A stretch of 64,000 nucleotides of DNA, taken from positions 94,984,001 through 95,048,000 of the forward strand of contig NC_086107.1 in assembly GCF_963921235.1 (NCBI RefSeq). The letters run 5' to 3'. Under the pieces are notes generated by a model that saw only the letters and a list, made by a program, of their open reading frames with translations, was not told the origin of the DNA and did no database searches. This document shows positions 38,470 to 50,390 of this stretch, piece after piece. The first letter of the stretch is position 1; each line of letters opens with the position of its first letter. The DNA is from Mobula hypostoma. Lineage: Eukaryota. Both the position numbers and the translations under genes were made by a program.

Positions 38470-39812
38470 ACCCGGAAGTTATAGACCAGTGAGTCTTACT
38501 TCAGTGGTTGGTAAGTTGATGGAGAGGATCCTGAGAGGCAGGATTTATGAACATTTGGAGAGGCATAATATGATTAGGAATAGTTAGCATGGCTTTGTCA
38601 AAGACAGGCCGTGCCTTACGAGCCTGATTGAATTTTTTGAGGATGTGACTAAACACATTGATGAAGGTAGAGCAGTATATATAGTGTATATGGATTTCAG
38701 CAAGGCATTTGATAGGGTACCCCATGCCAGGCTTATTGAGAAAGTAAGGAGGCATGGGATCCAAGGGGACATTGCTTTGTGGATCCAGAACTGGCTTGCC
38801 CACAGCAAGCAAAGAGTGGTTGTAGACGGGTCATATTCTGCATGGAGGTCAGTGACCAGTGATGTGCCTCAGGGGTCTGTTCTGGGACCCCTACTCTTTG
38901 TGATTTTTATAAATGACCTGGATGAGGAAGTGGAGGGATGGGTTAGTAAATTTGCTGATGACACAAAGATTGATAGTGTGGAGGGCTGTCAGAGGCTATA
39001 GCAGGACATTGATAGGATGCAAAACTGGGCTGAGAAGTGGTAGATGGAGTTCAACCCAGATAAGTGTGAAGGTCAAATATGATGGCAGAATATAGCATTA
39101 ATGGTAAGACTCTTGGCAGTCTGGAGGATGAGAGGGATCTTGGGGTCCGAGTCCATAGGACTCTCAAAGCTGCTGTACAGGTTGATTCTGGTTAAGAAGG
39201 CATATGGTGCATTGGCCTTCATCAATTGTGGGATTGAGTTTAAAAGCCGAGACGTAATGTAACAGCTTTATAGGACCCTAGTCAGACCCCACTTGGAGTA
39301 CTGTGCTCATTTCTGGTTGCCTCACTACAGGAAGGACGTGAAAACCATAGAAAGGGCGCAGAGGAGATTTACAAGGATGTTGCCTAGATTGGGGAGCATG
39401 CTTTATGAGAATAGGTTGAGTGAACTCGGCCTTTTCTCCTTGGAGCATTGGAGGATGAGATGTGATCTGATAGAGGTGTACAAGATGTGAGAGATATTGG
39501 TCGTGTGGATAGTCAGAGGATTTTCCCTAGGGCTAAAATGGTTAGCATGAGAGGGCATAGTTTTAAGGTGCTTGGAAGTAGGTACAGAGGAGATATCGGG
39601 GTAAGTTTTTTACACAGAGAGTGGTGAGTGCGTGGAATGGGCTGCCAGCGGCGGCGATGGAGACGGAAATAAGAGACATCAGGATAGATACACGGAGCTT
39701 AGAAAAATAGAGGGCTATGGGTAAGTCTAGGTAGTTCTAAGGTAAGGACATGTTTGGCACAGCTTTGTGGGCCGAAGGGCCTGTATTGTGCTGTAGGTTT
39801 TCTATGTTTCTA
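38470..39812 (+). mobile_element. CR1 LINE, 5'-truncated (RT to 3' tail)
   Basis: [51 protein letters not shown], and tail tttctatgtttcta. Confidence 0.93.
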
Positions 39813-42070
39813 AGACTCCCGGAAGCGACGGCTTACCGGCTGAGTTGTACTCGGCTCTGTGGAACTGGATGGGCCCAGACCTGCTGGAAGTGTACAATGC
39901 TATGCTTCTGGCCGGCAGTATGTCTGAGTCCATGAGGAAGGGCATCATCACCCTCATCTACAAGCAGAAGGGGGAAAGAGAGGACATTAGAAATTGGAGA
40001 CCCATCTCTCTCCTGAATGTGGACTACAAGATCCTGTCCAAGGCTATCGCCAACAGGGTCAAGTCTGCTCTGGGACAGGTGATCCACCCAGACCAAACCT
40101 GTGCTGTACCAGGCAGGAAGATCTCAGACAGCCTCGCGCTGCTGAGGGACACCATCGCCTACGTGCAGGACAGGAGGGTGGACGCCTGCCTGGTCAGCTT
40201 GGACCAGGAGAAAGCCTTCGACAGGATATCGCACACGTACATGGCGGATGTGCTTTCCAAAATGGGATTTGGGGAGGGAATCCGGAATTGGATCAGACTG
40301 CTCTACACAGACATCCATAGTGCAGTCCAGGTCAACGGGTGGGAAACAGACAGCTTCCCCATCAGGTCTGGAGTCAGGCAGGGCTGTCCCCTCTCCCCTG
40401 TCTTGTTTGTCTGCTGCATCGAACCCTTTGCGGAAGCCATCAGGAGGGATGAGGGCATAAGAGGGGTGACGCTGCCAGGCAGTGGAGGGACCCAAGTGAA
40501 AACCTCCCTGTACATGGACGACGTCACCGTCTTCTGCTCTGATCCGAGGTCAGTTCGCAGGTTGATTGGCACCTGCGAACAGTTCGAGCTGGCGTCGGGG
40601 GCCAGGGTCAACCGCACGAAGAGCGAAGCCATGCTCTTCGGCAACTGGCCAGACCGATCCAGCGTCCCCTTCACCATCAGGTCTGACCACGTGAAGGTGT
40701 TGGGGATCTGGTTCGGAGGGGCGGAGGCGTGCAACAAGAACTGGCAGGAGCGGACTGCCAAGGTGAAACAGAAACTGGGACTGTGGGGAGGGCGCTCCCT
40801 GTCGATAACGGGCAAGAACCTGGTCATCAGGTGTGAGATGCTCTCAGGGCTGCTGTACTTGGCGCAGGTCTGGCCCGTCCCCCGCTCCTACAGCTCGGAA
40901 ATCACCCGGGCTGTCTTCAGATTCGTCTGGGGATCCAAGATGGAGCGGGTGAGATGGACCGCCATGCACAAGTCCCTGGACAACGGGGGCAAGAACGTCC
41001 CCAATGTCGCCCTCACCCTGATGGCCAGCTTCGTATGTGGCTGCATCAGGTTGTGTGTAGAACCCAGGTATGTGGGCACCAAGTAGCACTATGTGCCCAG
41101 GTTCTACCTGTCGCCCTGGCTACGAAGGATGGGTCTGGCCCCACTCCCGCGCAACGCCCCAGTCAGCTGGTCGTTGCCGGCATACCTGTCCTACGTAGCA
41201 AAGTTCTTCCAGGAGAACGCCTTTGACCACAGGGCCATCAGGCAGTGGTCGGCACGTAGTGTCCTGCAGGCACTGCAGGAGAAGGACGTGACGGACACAG
41301 TGGGGTGGTTCCCTGAGCAGACCGTCCAGTTCATCTGGCAAAATGCCTCATCGCCAGATCTCACCAACAGGCACCAAGACCTCGCCTGGCTGGCGGTGAG
41401 AGGGGCCCTCCCAGTCAGAACCCTCCTGTACACCGGAACGTCGTCTCCGCACCCCACTGCCCACGGGAGGACTGCAGTGAGGAGGAGTCTGTGACCCACC
41501 TCTTTGCACACTGCCAGTTCGCAGAGAGGCTGTGGAGGAGGATGGACGGGCTAGTGTCACGTTTTATCCCCAGCAGCTGTGTAACAGAGGACTCTCTGAT
41601 CTCCGGGCTGTTCCCGGGGACACACACGGAGACCAACGTCCGGTGCTGCTGGCAGATCATCAACTCGGTGAAAGATGCTATTTGGTCGGCCCGAAACTTG
41701 ATGATCTACCAGCACATGGAGATGTCCGTGGGAGAATGCTGCCGACTGGCACATTCTCGACTGCAGGAGTACGTGCTGAGGGACGCACTGAAACTGGGTG
41801 CAGCCACCGCAAGGGCCCGGTGGGGAAGGACCACGGTTTAGGGTTCTTCTCCGCTGGAGAGGTGGTGAATGGGGTTGCACATTGGATTGGGAAGCCCCTC
41901 AACTATTATGGTGGTGTACCACCGCGGGGAGCACGTCATGGCAACAATCCCATTGGATTTTAAGAAATAATGTCATAGAACTCTGGACTATGAACGTAAG
42001 AATGAAAAAAAACATCGCACATTTTATTTTTGTAAATTTTTTTATTGAATAAAGTTTATTTTCATTTAGT
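39813..42070 (+). mobile_element. Younger Tx1/L1-clade LINE ORF2 (RT + C-terminal CCHC), nearly intact. An ORF1-like piece lies at ~38065-38470
   Basis: KTPGSDGLPAELY, NWRPISLLNVDYKIL, LDQEKAFDRISH, GVRQGCPLSP, LYMDDVTV, and CPREDC...THLFAHC. One premature stop (41084) and one frameshift (~41436). AATAAA at ~42048. Confidence 0.95.
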
Positions 42071-43595
42071 TTTTAAATTGCTTCCTTGTCATGTGCTCCG
42101 CGTGGACCAGCTGCGCCCGTTCCACTATCACTGCGTGTTCCAATGCCGGCTCTGCCTCCGGCGAGACCCCACGACCACGGGACGGACACGGCCAGATGCT
42201 CCCGTTTGCTCCGATGACGACCTTTTCCGATCGCTGTCATTCACCGCGGCCTGAAATGCTACCTGCAGCCCCGCACGCCACGCTCGAGGGTTGCGCAGAG
42301 GCCATCGGCCATCGGCCGACGAGGTGGCCGGGAAGGCGGCGTTCTCCCCGAGTACCTCGGGCTGGTGGAATGAGCGCTGAGGACGGGGATCACGATGCGC
42401 GGGACTTTTCTACTGGCGCTACTGCTGAACGAGGGTTGAAATAAATTTGTTTCTCAAGACCATCCCATCACAGTCTCCTGAGGTCAGACGCTGAGGGAAA
42501 TTCCCTCCGCACCGTTCCGTCGCTTTCTCTCGGTCACTCCTCTTCCTCAAGTAAGTAAGCGTCTCTCTCCCATCCCATCGGGCGGAAGATAGAAACGCCT
42601 GAAAACACACCCCATCCCGCTGTCAACAGACCTCGGTCTCACATTCCATCTCGTTGTGTTCTGGTTACCCTGCTGGGGCAACTACCGTTCCTACGGGTAG
42701 CCCCTTCCACTCTTACACCACCCTGAGTCAAGTCCTATCTCCTCAAATTCCCCTTCAATATATCACCTTTCCCCTCGCCCTTCCTCCCAACCCCCCATAA
42801 ATTCTCTCTCTCTCCCCCTCCCTTTCTACTTTTCTCTCCCCTCTCCTGCACCTCAGGGTCCCAGCAGGATTTTCACCCCCAACTCCATAGGAGAAGCCGT
42901 GCAGCCAGTTTCAACCCCGAATGCCCTGATACACCTCGCCGCTTCTCCTCCTTCACTCCCCTCCCCTCTATCTCTCCCTCCCCCTTATCCCGCAACCTCC
43001 ATGCCTCCCTCCCACTTCACTCCCCGTGACCAAAGGGCGAGGCATTTCCCCGAGACGCATTCTGCCGCTCCTGGAGTCTGAGCGAAAATCCAGTCTCCAC
43101 GCACAGCGTAAGTAAAGAGACCAGTGAGTCCACGGCCGGGGAACAGGCCTTCCGGCCCATCGTGTCTATGATGGTGTCTACGTTGCATTGTTTCTGTGTC
43201 TGTCCTGGGCTGCCAGCTCCCATCCCTACTCTCCCAGCCGAGAATCACCCACAAAGCTAGATCGGCCACAGTTCGCCCGTTGTTTGAAGTGAGCATGGAC
43301 CGTGGGAGGGTGAGGAGCGAGGCTGGGATTGGACCCGATTTCCCAGGGTGGATCGCTTCCCCTTGGGAGGGAGCATCCCCATTTCAAGACTGGGATGTTC
43401 CAGCCTAACAACCTGTTCCGTCCATTTGATCTCCTCTCCAACCCCTCTCTCCTCCCCCACACCGCCTCTTCCCGTTCCCCCTCCACTCTCTCTTCCACTA
43501 CACACTCCCCTTCCCTCCTCCACCTCCCCTACACCCTCCCTTTCCCTCCTCCCCTCCACTACACACTCCCCTTCCCTACAACCACTCCCCTACAC

Positions 43596-44362
43596 CAGTG
43601 GTCCCCAACTACCGGGCTGCGGACCGGTACAGGGCCCACAAGGCATGTGCTACCGGGCCGTGAGAAAACGATATGAATTAGCTGCACCTTTCCTCATTCC
43701 CTGTCACACCCTGTTGAACTTGAACATAGGGTTGCCAACTGTCCCATATTTGTTGGGACATCCCGTATATTGGGCAAAATTGGTTTGTCCCATATGGGAC
43801 CGCCCTTGTCCCGTATTTCCCCCGCTAAGGTAGTGCGTTCCTATAAAACCTTTTGTGCCGAAATAGCGAAAATCGAAGAAGCAATTACCATTAATTTATA
43901 TGGGAAAAATTTTTGAGCCCTCCCAGACCCAAAAAATAACCTATCAAATAACACATAAAGCTGAAAATAACACTAACATATAGTAAAAGCAGGAATGATA
44001 TGATAAATACACAGCCTATATAAAGTAGAAATAATGTATGTACAGTGTAGTCGGGAAGATTAAGCCAAAACCGATTTGTGGGGGAAAAAAATCGGCACGT
44101 ACACCCACGTGCACACAGGTGCCCGCGCAAGGCTTCATGGTCATTGTAGTCTTTCCTGGGGTAAACACAAGTGTCCCGGGATTTGACTGCTAATTTGTCC
44201 CTTATTTGGGAGTGAGAAAGTTGGCAACCCTAACTGTAAAAGACATGTTGAGTTGAGTTTAACCCTACTTGAACACCCTCCCCCCCCCCCCAGTCGACTG
44301 GTCCACAAGAATATTGTCAATATTAAACCAGTCTGCGGTGCAAAAAAAGTTGGGGACACCTG
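43596..44362. mobile_element. Composite hAT MITE: Charlie-like ends enclosing a TAGGGTTGCCA-type TIR element that carries a Tigger-MITE interior
   Basis: Outer TIRs cagtggtccccaact / agttggggacacctg with perfect TSD ccctacac. Inner TIRs tagggttgccaact (~43727) / agttggcaacccta (~44232). The interior matches 59270-59680. Confidence 0.88.
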
Positions 44363-44774
44363 CCCTACACCCCCCCTTCCCTCCTCCACCTCCTCTACAC
44401 CCTCCCCTTCCCTCAACCCCACACCCTCTTTCCCTCCCCTTCCTGTCCCCAACACCTCTAATTTCCCTCCTCCCCTTACATCCTCCACTTCCCTTCCTCG
44501 CCTGTTCCCTACACCCTTTCCCTCCACCCCTCCCCCTCCCCTTCCCATCCCCCAATACTGCCCATTTCCCTCCTCCCCTTCCCCTCCTCTCCTCCTACCC
44601 CTCCCCTTCCCCTCCTCTCCCCTACAACCTCCCCTTCCCTTCCTCGCCCATTCCCTACACCCTCTCTTTCCCTCCTCCCCTACCCCAATCCCTATACCTT
44701 CCCCCTCTCTCATGCCAGGGGTTAGTGGACTGGAGAAGGCAGCTGAGATGGTGGACATACTGGGTTAATGTCGA

Positions 44775-44784
44775 TTTATTTATT
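44775..44784 (-). other. Candidate polyadenylation signal (AATAAATAAA) of the claudin gene
   Basis: Plus-strand tttatttatt about 270 nt downstream of the stop codon. Confidence 0.55.
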
Positions 44785-45051
44785 GTTATAACGCGCGGTC
44801 GAAGCCGTAAGTATTCAGTGACCCCACCTTCCCTCACCGGTGGAGCTCCCTCCCTCTGCCCCCTCAGATTAATTTATTACCCTGTCCACGCTCCAGTCGC
44901 CCTCCCTCCCTCCCTCTCCCACACAGACCCCTAACCCTCTCCCTCTCTCTCCCTCAGATGGTTATCGCCCCTTGCCCTTCCTACACCTCACTCCAACCCC
45001 GTCCTCTCCCCACTCCCCTCAGCTGATTACCACCCTACCCCCTCTCCTCCT

Positions 45052-45714
45052 TCAGAGGAAGTTACTCCCCGCGTCGTCACTCCACTTGCCTCCCTTCCTC
45101 CCTCCGTGGCTGCTCGCTGCCGCAGCCGACCCGCCGGCCCGGCAGCCCCAGCAGCCGAGCAGCATCCCGGCCAGCAGCAGCACCGCGCCGTTCGCCCAGC
45201 CCAGGTAGATGCAGGGCCCCAGCGACACCTCCAGCTGCTCGGAGAGCAGCGGGTGCTGGTACTCAGTGGCCAGCTGGAAGGCGGGCCAGGAGACGGCCAG
45301 CAGTATGGACAGGGAGGCCACCAGGTAGAGGAAGGCAGTCGCCGCCAGCAGCCGAGGCCGGTGGACGGGTGATGGGCCCCAGCGGAGGCAGCCCGAGCCC
45401 AGGCAGTGCAGGATCAGGGCGAGCAGGCCAAGCAGCAGGCTGGTCAGGGTGAGCAGGCGGGAGGCATAGACGTCGAGCGGGATTTCGCCGCCGTGCGCTG
45501 TCAACATCTGCCGGCAGTTGGCCTTGCCGGGGCTCGGCAGCACACAGCTGGCCCAGAGCCCCTCCACCGTCCACTGACGTAGCAGCAGGCCCCGGCCAGA
45601 GGCCACGGTGCGCCGCCAGAACGGCAGGCCGCAGCAGGCCAGCACCCCCAGCTCGCCCAGCAGGCCCAGCAGCAGAGTCACCACCTGGAAAGCGGCCGGC
45701 GGTGGGGGCGGCAT
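45052..45714 (-). CDS. Claudin-family tight-junction protein, 220 aa, single coding exon, divergent
   Basis: Four hydrophobic segments and the claudin signature W...GLW.SC...C (PFWR...EGLWASCVLPSPGKANC). SRLLTL after ECL1 and LGPCIYLGW in ECL2/TM4. Splice acceptor 4 nt upstream of the ATG. AATAAA at ~44778 on the minus strand. Confidence 0.92.
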   Translation of the reverse strand: MPPPPPAAFQVVTLLLGLLGELGVLACCGLPFWRRTVASGRGLLLRQWTVEGLWASCVLPSPGKANCRQMLTAHGGEIPLDVYASRLLTLTSLLLGLLALILHCLGSGCLRWGPSPVHRPRLLAATAFLYLVASLSILLAVSWPAFQLATEYQHPLLSEQLEVSLGPCIYLGWANGAVLLLAGMLLGCWGCRAGGSAAAASSHGGRKGGKWSDDAGSNFL

Positions 45715-46814
45715 CCGGCTGGTGGGAAGAGGAATGGGAGGGAGGCAGTAGGGAAGGGAGAGGGGAGGAAATCAGAGGAGGATTGGGGGAGGAGGGGCAG
45801 GGGAGAGAGCAGAGGGAAGGGAAAGAAGAAGGAGAGAGGAGGTGGAGAACATGGAGGGAGGGGGTGGAGGAGATGGGGAGAAAGTGGGGGGTTTGAGGAA
45901 GGAAGAATGCGAAGAGTATAGATGGAGAACAAAGTGGGGATGAGGAGGGAGGGAAAGGGAGTAATGGTGGAGGAGAGTGTGAGGTAAGGACGAGGGAGGG
46001 AATGGGAGTAAGGGTGGAGGAGAGTGTGAGGTAAGGACGAGGGTGAGGTAAGGACGAGGGAGGGAATGGGAAGGAAGGGAGACAGGTGGAGAAGAGACAG
46101 GAAAGATGTTGGACAGGAAGAAGGGAAGGGGAATGAGAGGGTTGGAGAGAAGAAGGGGTGGGGAAGGAGGGAAGGAGAGAGAGAGAGAGACAAGGTTAAT
46201 TGTGCACACTCCGACAGGACGTTCATTTACTAACACACTGTGGCATCTTTCCTCTGAATCAGTCATTCCTGTCCGAGACCCAAGGGAGGGAAGAGCCGGA
46301 TTAGAGGAGGGATGGCTGTAGGAGAGGGGGAGTGCCCCACCATACCACTGCTCCCAGCGCGAGTCCCCTCCCCCTCTCCCAACTAAATCGCAACCCCCCC
46401 CCCCCCGCTTCATCCTTACTGGGATTAATTCCAGAAATTCCTGGGATTTGAAAAAGACGTCCCTCATCAGCAAACAGGAACTCACTTTCGGGACTAATTA
46501 GCAAAGATGCAAGTGTTGATATACTTCGTCATATTCTAATGGATTCAGTACTTACAACAGCTGATAAAAATCATGAAATCGCCCCTAATTGCCTTCCTGT
46601 TAGGACTACTCACTGGCACAAGTCATCCTGAGTCACTCCCACATGAGAAAGTTATTTAGAAGTTAAGCAAACAAAAGTTTGGAGAGTATTTTGGAACCAA
46701 CTGCTGATGCCCTGAAAAACAAGTCCCATCCTTTCCCACTTCATTAAACGAAAGAGTAAGCATTCAGCAAATTCAGAGGTTAGGTTAATAATTTTCAAAA
46801 AAGCAGGTGGTGAA

Positions 46815-47050
46815 CAAAGTGAAGTCCCATCCGCACTGTCCCGTCACACACAGAGTGAAGCTTCCTCAACACCAGCCCCCATCACACATTCCCGGAGTCA
46901 GATATATAGCGAGTCTCACTTCACAACTTTGTGGTCAGATACAGAGTGAAGCTTCCTTCATACTGCCCTGTCACACCGTCCTGCGGTCAGACCCAGAGTG
47001 AAGTTCCCACCAGTCCGCCCTGTCACACACTCCCAGAGTCAGACGTAGAG
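46815..47050. repeat. Degenerate copies of the 52-bp repeat
   Basis: cagagtgaagctt...tcacacactcccagagtcagac units. Confidence 0.75.
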
Positions 47051-49699
47051 GTACACCTACCTAGGTACTATTAGTGCCTCAGGGAAGTCTGGTCCTGTCC
47101 TCGGTCTTCTTGAACTCTCGGTCCTTCTCGTCCCCCTGGAGCCTCGCACGGGGTCCGAAAGGCAGGGCTAGAGAGCTGATCTTGTGCAGCTGGTCCCCAG
47201 CAGATTGAAGCAGGGCAGGGCAGGGCAAGGGGGCGGGAGGCCAGGAGGGAGGGAGTGACCAGCTATGATTGGACCAGCAACTGAAGGACAGGCTGTCCCT
47301 ATCTCAGGAGAGGTGAGACAGGACAATGGTATCTGTGAATCCCTACCCTCTCCCCCTGTCTCTTTCTCCCGTTCTCCCCCTCCCCACCACTCTCCCTCAC
47401 CCCTCCCTTCCTATTTCTCTCCATATCGCAATCCCCTCCCTCTTCTCTCTCTTCCTCTCATTTTCCTCCTCTTTCCCTCGCCCCTTCCTCCCTCTCCCCT
47501 TCACTCTCTGCCCTCCTCCATCTCCTGCTTCCCCCCACCGCATCTACCACTCCAGATTCTACTGTACCCCCATGTGCCCCTGATGCAGCCCTTCTTGTCT
47601 CCCACCCCTCCACCCCTTCCTCTCCTCACCGCCACATTGAGCGAGGCTGGACAAGAAGGCGGGTGGGAGAAAGGGGGGAGGGAAAGGAAGAGGCGGGTAA
47701 GAAGGAGTGGGGGAAGAAGGGACTGAGATTGAGAGGCTGGGAATGAGGGAGGGTGGAGGAAGGGGTGGGGAGGGAGGGTGAAGGAAAGATGGGGAGGGAG
47801 GGGTAGGGTGGCGAAAGACAACACAGCGAAAGGGGGAGAGGAAGGGGGTGGGAGAGAAGGGGGGTAATGAGTGGCTGAAAGAGAGGAAGGGGAGAGAGAT
47901 TCCAGAAATGTGAAGAGAGGGAGGGAGAGGTAAGAGAGCGATGGGGAGGGAAAGAGGGATGTAGAAGAGAAATGGCAAAAGGGGGAGGAAGAGAAATTGG
48001 GAGGGAGAGAGAGGGGGTGGGGGAAAGGGGGGAGATTGGAGAGAGGGAGATGGGAGAGAGAACTGAAGAGGAGGAGGGAGGGTGTAGAAGTGAAAGATAG
48101 GGAAGGACAGAGAGAGGAGGTGGGAGAGGGGAGATGTTAAGAGTGGGAGAGAGAACTGAGGAGAGAGGGAGGGGGTAGAAATGAGAGATGGGGAAGGACA
48201 ATGAGAGGGGGGATGTTAGAGTGGGAGAGAGAGAACTAAGGGGGGGGGGTTAGGGGAAGCAAGAGATGGAGATGGACAGAGAGACGGATGGAGAGATGGT
48301 AGAGTGGGCGAGGGAGAACTGTGGAGGGAAGGAGGTGTACACAAGCAGTGGGCGGGTGTCCCAGGAGGACACTAATTACCATGCCGTGACTGAGCCAGGA
48401 AAACACCCTGGTGTTTGTGCACCACGCTGATGGGCTTGCTGATAAGAGCTGAGCGGCAGGAGGGAGGAATGGGCTCGTGGGGGGGGGGTGGTTGTACGGG
48501 CACTGGGCTGGTCCAGGGTCTGGGGCCACGCTTGGGTCCCTCAATGAGGGACTCTGGTCCAGCCTAGGGAGGCAGGTCAGGGACTGCACCTGGTGACGGA
48601 GAGGCCAGGAGAGGGAGGGGGAAGAGGAAAGAGGGCAATGGTAGCAGTGGGAGGGTAGGGGAAAGAGGTGTAGGGAAGGGAAATAGGGGAGAAAAGGAGG
48701 TGGGAAGAGGAGGGGAGAATTAGGAGGTCGGGGAGGAAAGGGAGCTAGAGAGGGAAAGGGAAGATGGGGGAAGAGAAGGAGGGAGAGAAACTAAGAAAAA
48801 TGAAAAAGGGCGAAGAGGGCAATGTGTGGGCAGAGGGAAGTGGAAGAGAGGGAGGGGAGAGGAATAGGACAGAGAAAGTGAAGGGATGGTGAGGGGAAGA
48901 TGGACAGGGATGAATAGAGGGAGAGGGGGATGGTAGAGAGAGGGAGGGGGATGTGGGGAGAAAAGAATGGGGTAGAATGGGAGAGAGATTGGGCTGGGAT
49001 GGGGAGAGGGGGAGGTGGAGAGAGGGGGCAGGAATGATTAGAGAGGGTAAGATAAGGGCTGAGAAGAAAGAGAGTGGGGGGAGAGAGAGGAAGAAGGGGG
49101 AGGGCGAGGAGAGGGAGAGAGCAGGGTTAGAGTTAGACAAAAGAGGACCAGAAACAGGGAGAGGGGAAACTGGGTGGAGGAGAGGGTGGAGAATGAAAAA
49201 GTGGGGGAAAGATGCAGAGGGATGAGGAGGGAGGGCAAGGAGGCAGGCGAGAGAAGGCAGAGAGAGCAGAAGAGAGTGGAGTAGCCGTATTTTAATCTGA
49301 GTATACTCACTGTCTTGTATATGTGATGTAAGTAAACTGTTACAGTTTTGTAGAGAAAAAGGGAGCGGAAAGGAGTAAACAAGGAAAGCGGAGGGAAGGA
49401 AACAGGCAAAAGAGTGAATCAGCCTCTAATCTATCTTGGCAAGCCGTGTGTGTTTACAGAGTGCACTGGGAGATAAGAGAGGCGATCTCATGAGTCTCCC
49501 CAGCGTGGGATAGGATAGCCACACTCACACTGTGTCCCCGCTTCCCTCAATGACTTCATCCACAGGACTTCAACACAGCCTGTGACATCCCCAGCGCTGC
49601 ACTCCCACACGAGGCGAAAATCCAACCATCGCCACCTCAAAGAGCTCCCCAGAGAGCCAGCCCTTGAGAGAGTCGGGCGGGGGGTGGGGGAGGGAGGGG

Positions 49700-49743
<44 letters not shown>

Positions 49744-49819
49744 AACGGTGAGAAAGGGAGATTCAATATTCTCCCCTTGCTAAAGAGGGAGACTCTTCCA
49801 CCATTGGGGACTTCAGTGA

Positions 49820-50390
49820 CCGAAAGAGTCTCAGCCCATTACCCCTGGTACAGGGGGAGTCTCTCCCCATTACCCCCAGTACAGGGAGAGTCTCTCCCCA
49901 TTACCCCCGGTACAGGGGGAGTCTCAGCCCCATTACCCCCGGTACAGGGGGAGTCTCTCCCAATTACTTGTGTCATAGAGGGAGCCGACACCCCTTTTAT
50001 AAAAGAAGTTGCTACCCAATTACCTATCACTGAGGAAAGACTCTTCCCCATTACACCTGTTAAAGAGGGTCTCTCTCCCCATTACCCCTGTTACAGAGAG
50101 AGTGTCTCCCTGCTAACCTCTGTTACAGGAGACTCTCCCCCATTACCCATCATAGACAGAGTCTCTCCCTTTGCATTTATTACAGCGGGAGTCTCTTCCC
50201 CAATCGGAGACCCCCATTACCCCTGTTACGGGGGTGTCTCTCCCCCATTACAGAGGGAGTCACTTGCCCAATCTGGGACCCCTGTTACCGAGGAGGTTGC
50301 TTCTCCATCAGCGATCCCTATTACCGAGGGAGTCTTTCAGCCAGCAATAACACCCATCACAAAGGGTGTCCCTCTTCCCACCTAGTACTT
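49820..50390. repeat. Degenerate ~31-bp minisatellite (ccccattacccc.ggtacagggggagtctct)
   Basis: Visible periodicity decaying rightwards. It explains the 267-aa pseudo-ORF. Confidence 0.8.

Noticed and set aside
49582-50385. 267-aa ORF
   Set aside because: It is built from microsatellite and a degenerate 31-bp minisatellite, with no domain signature.
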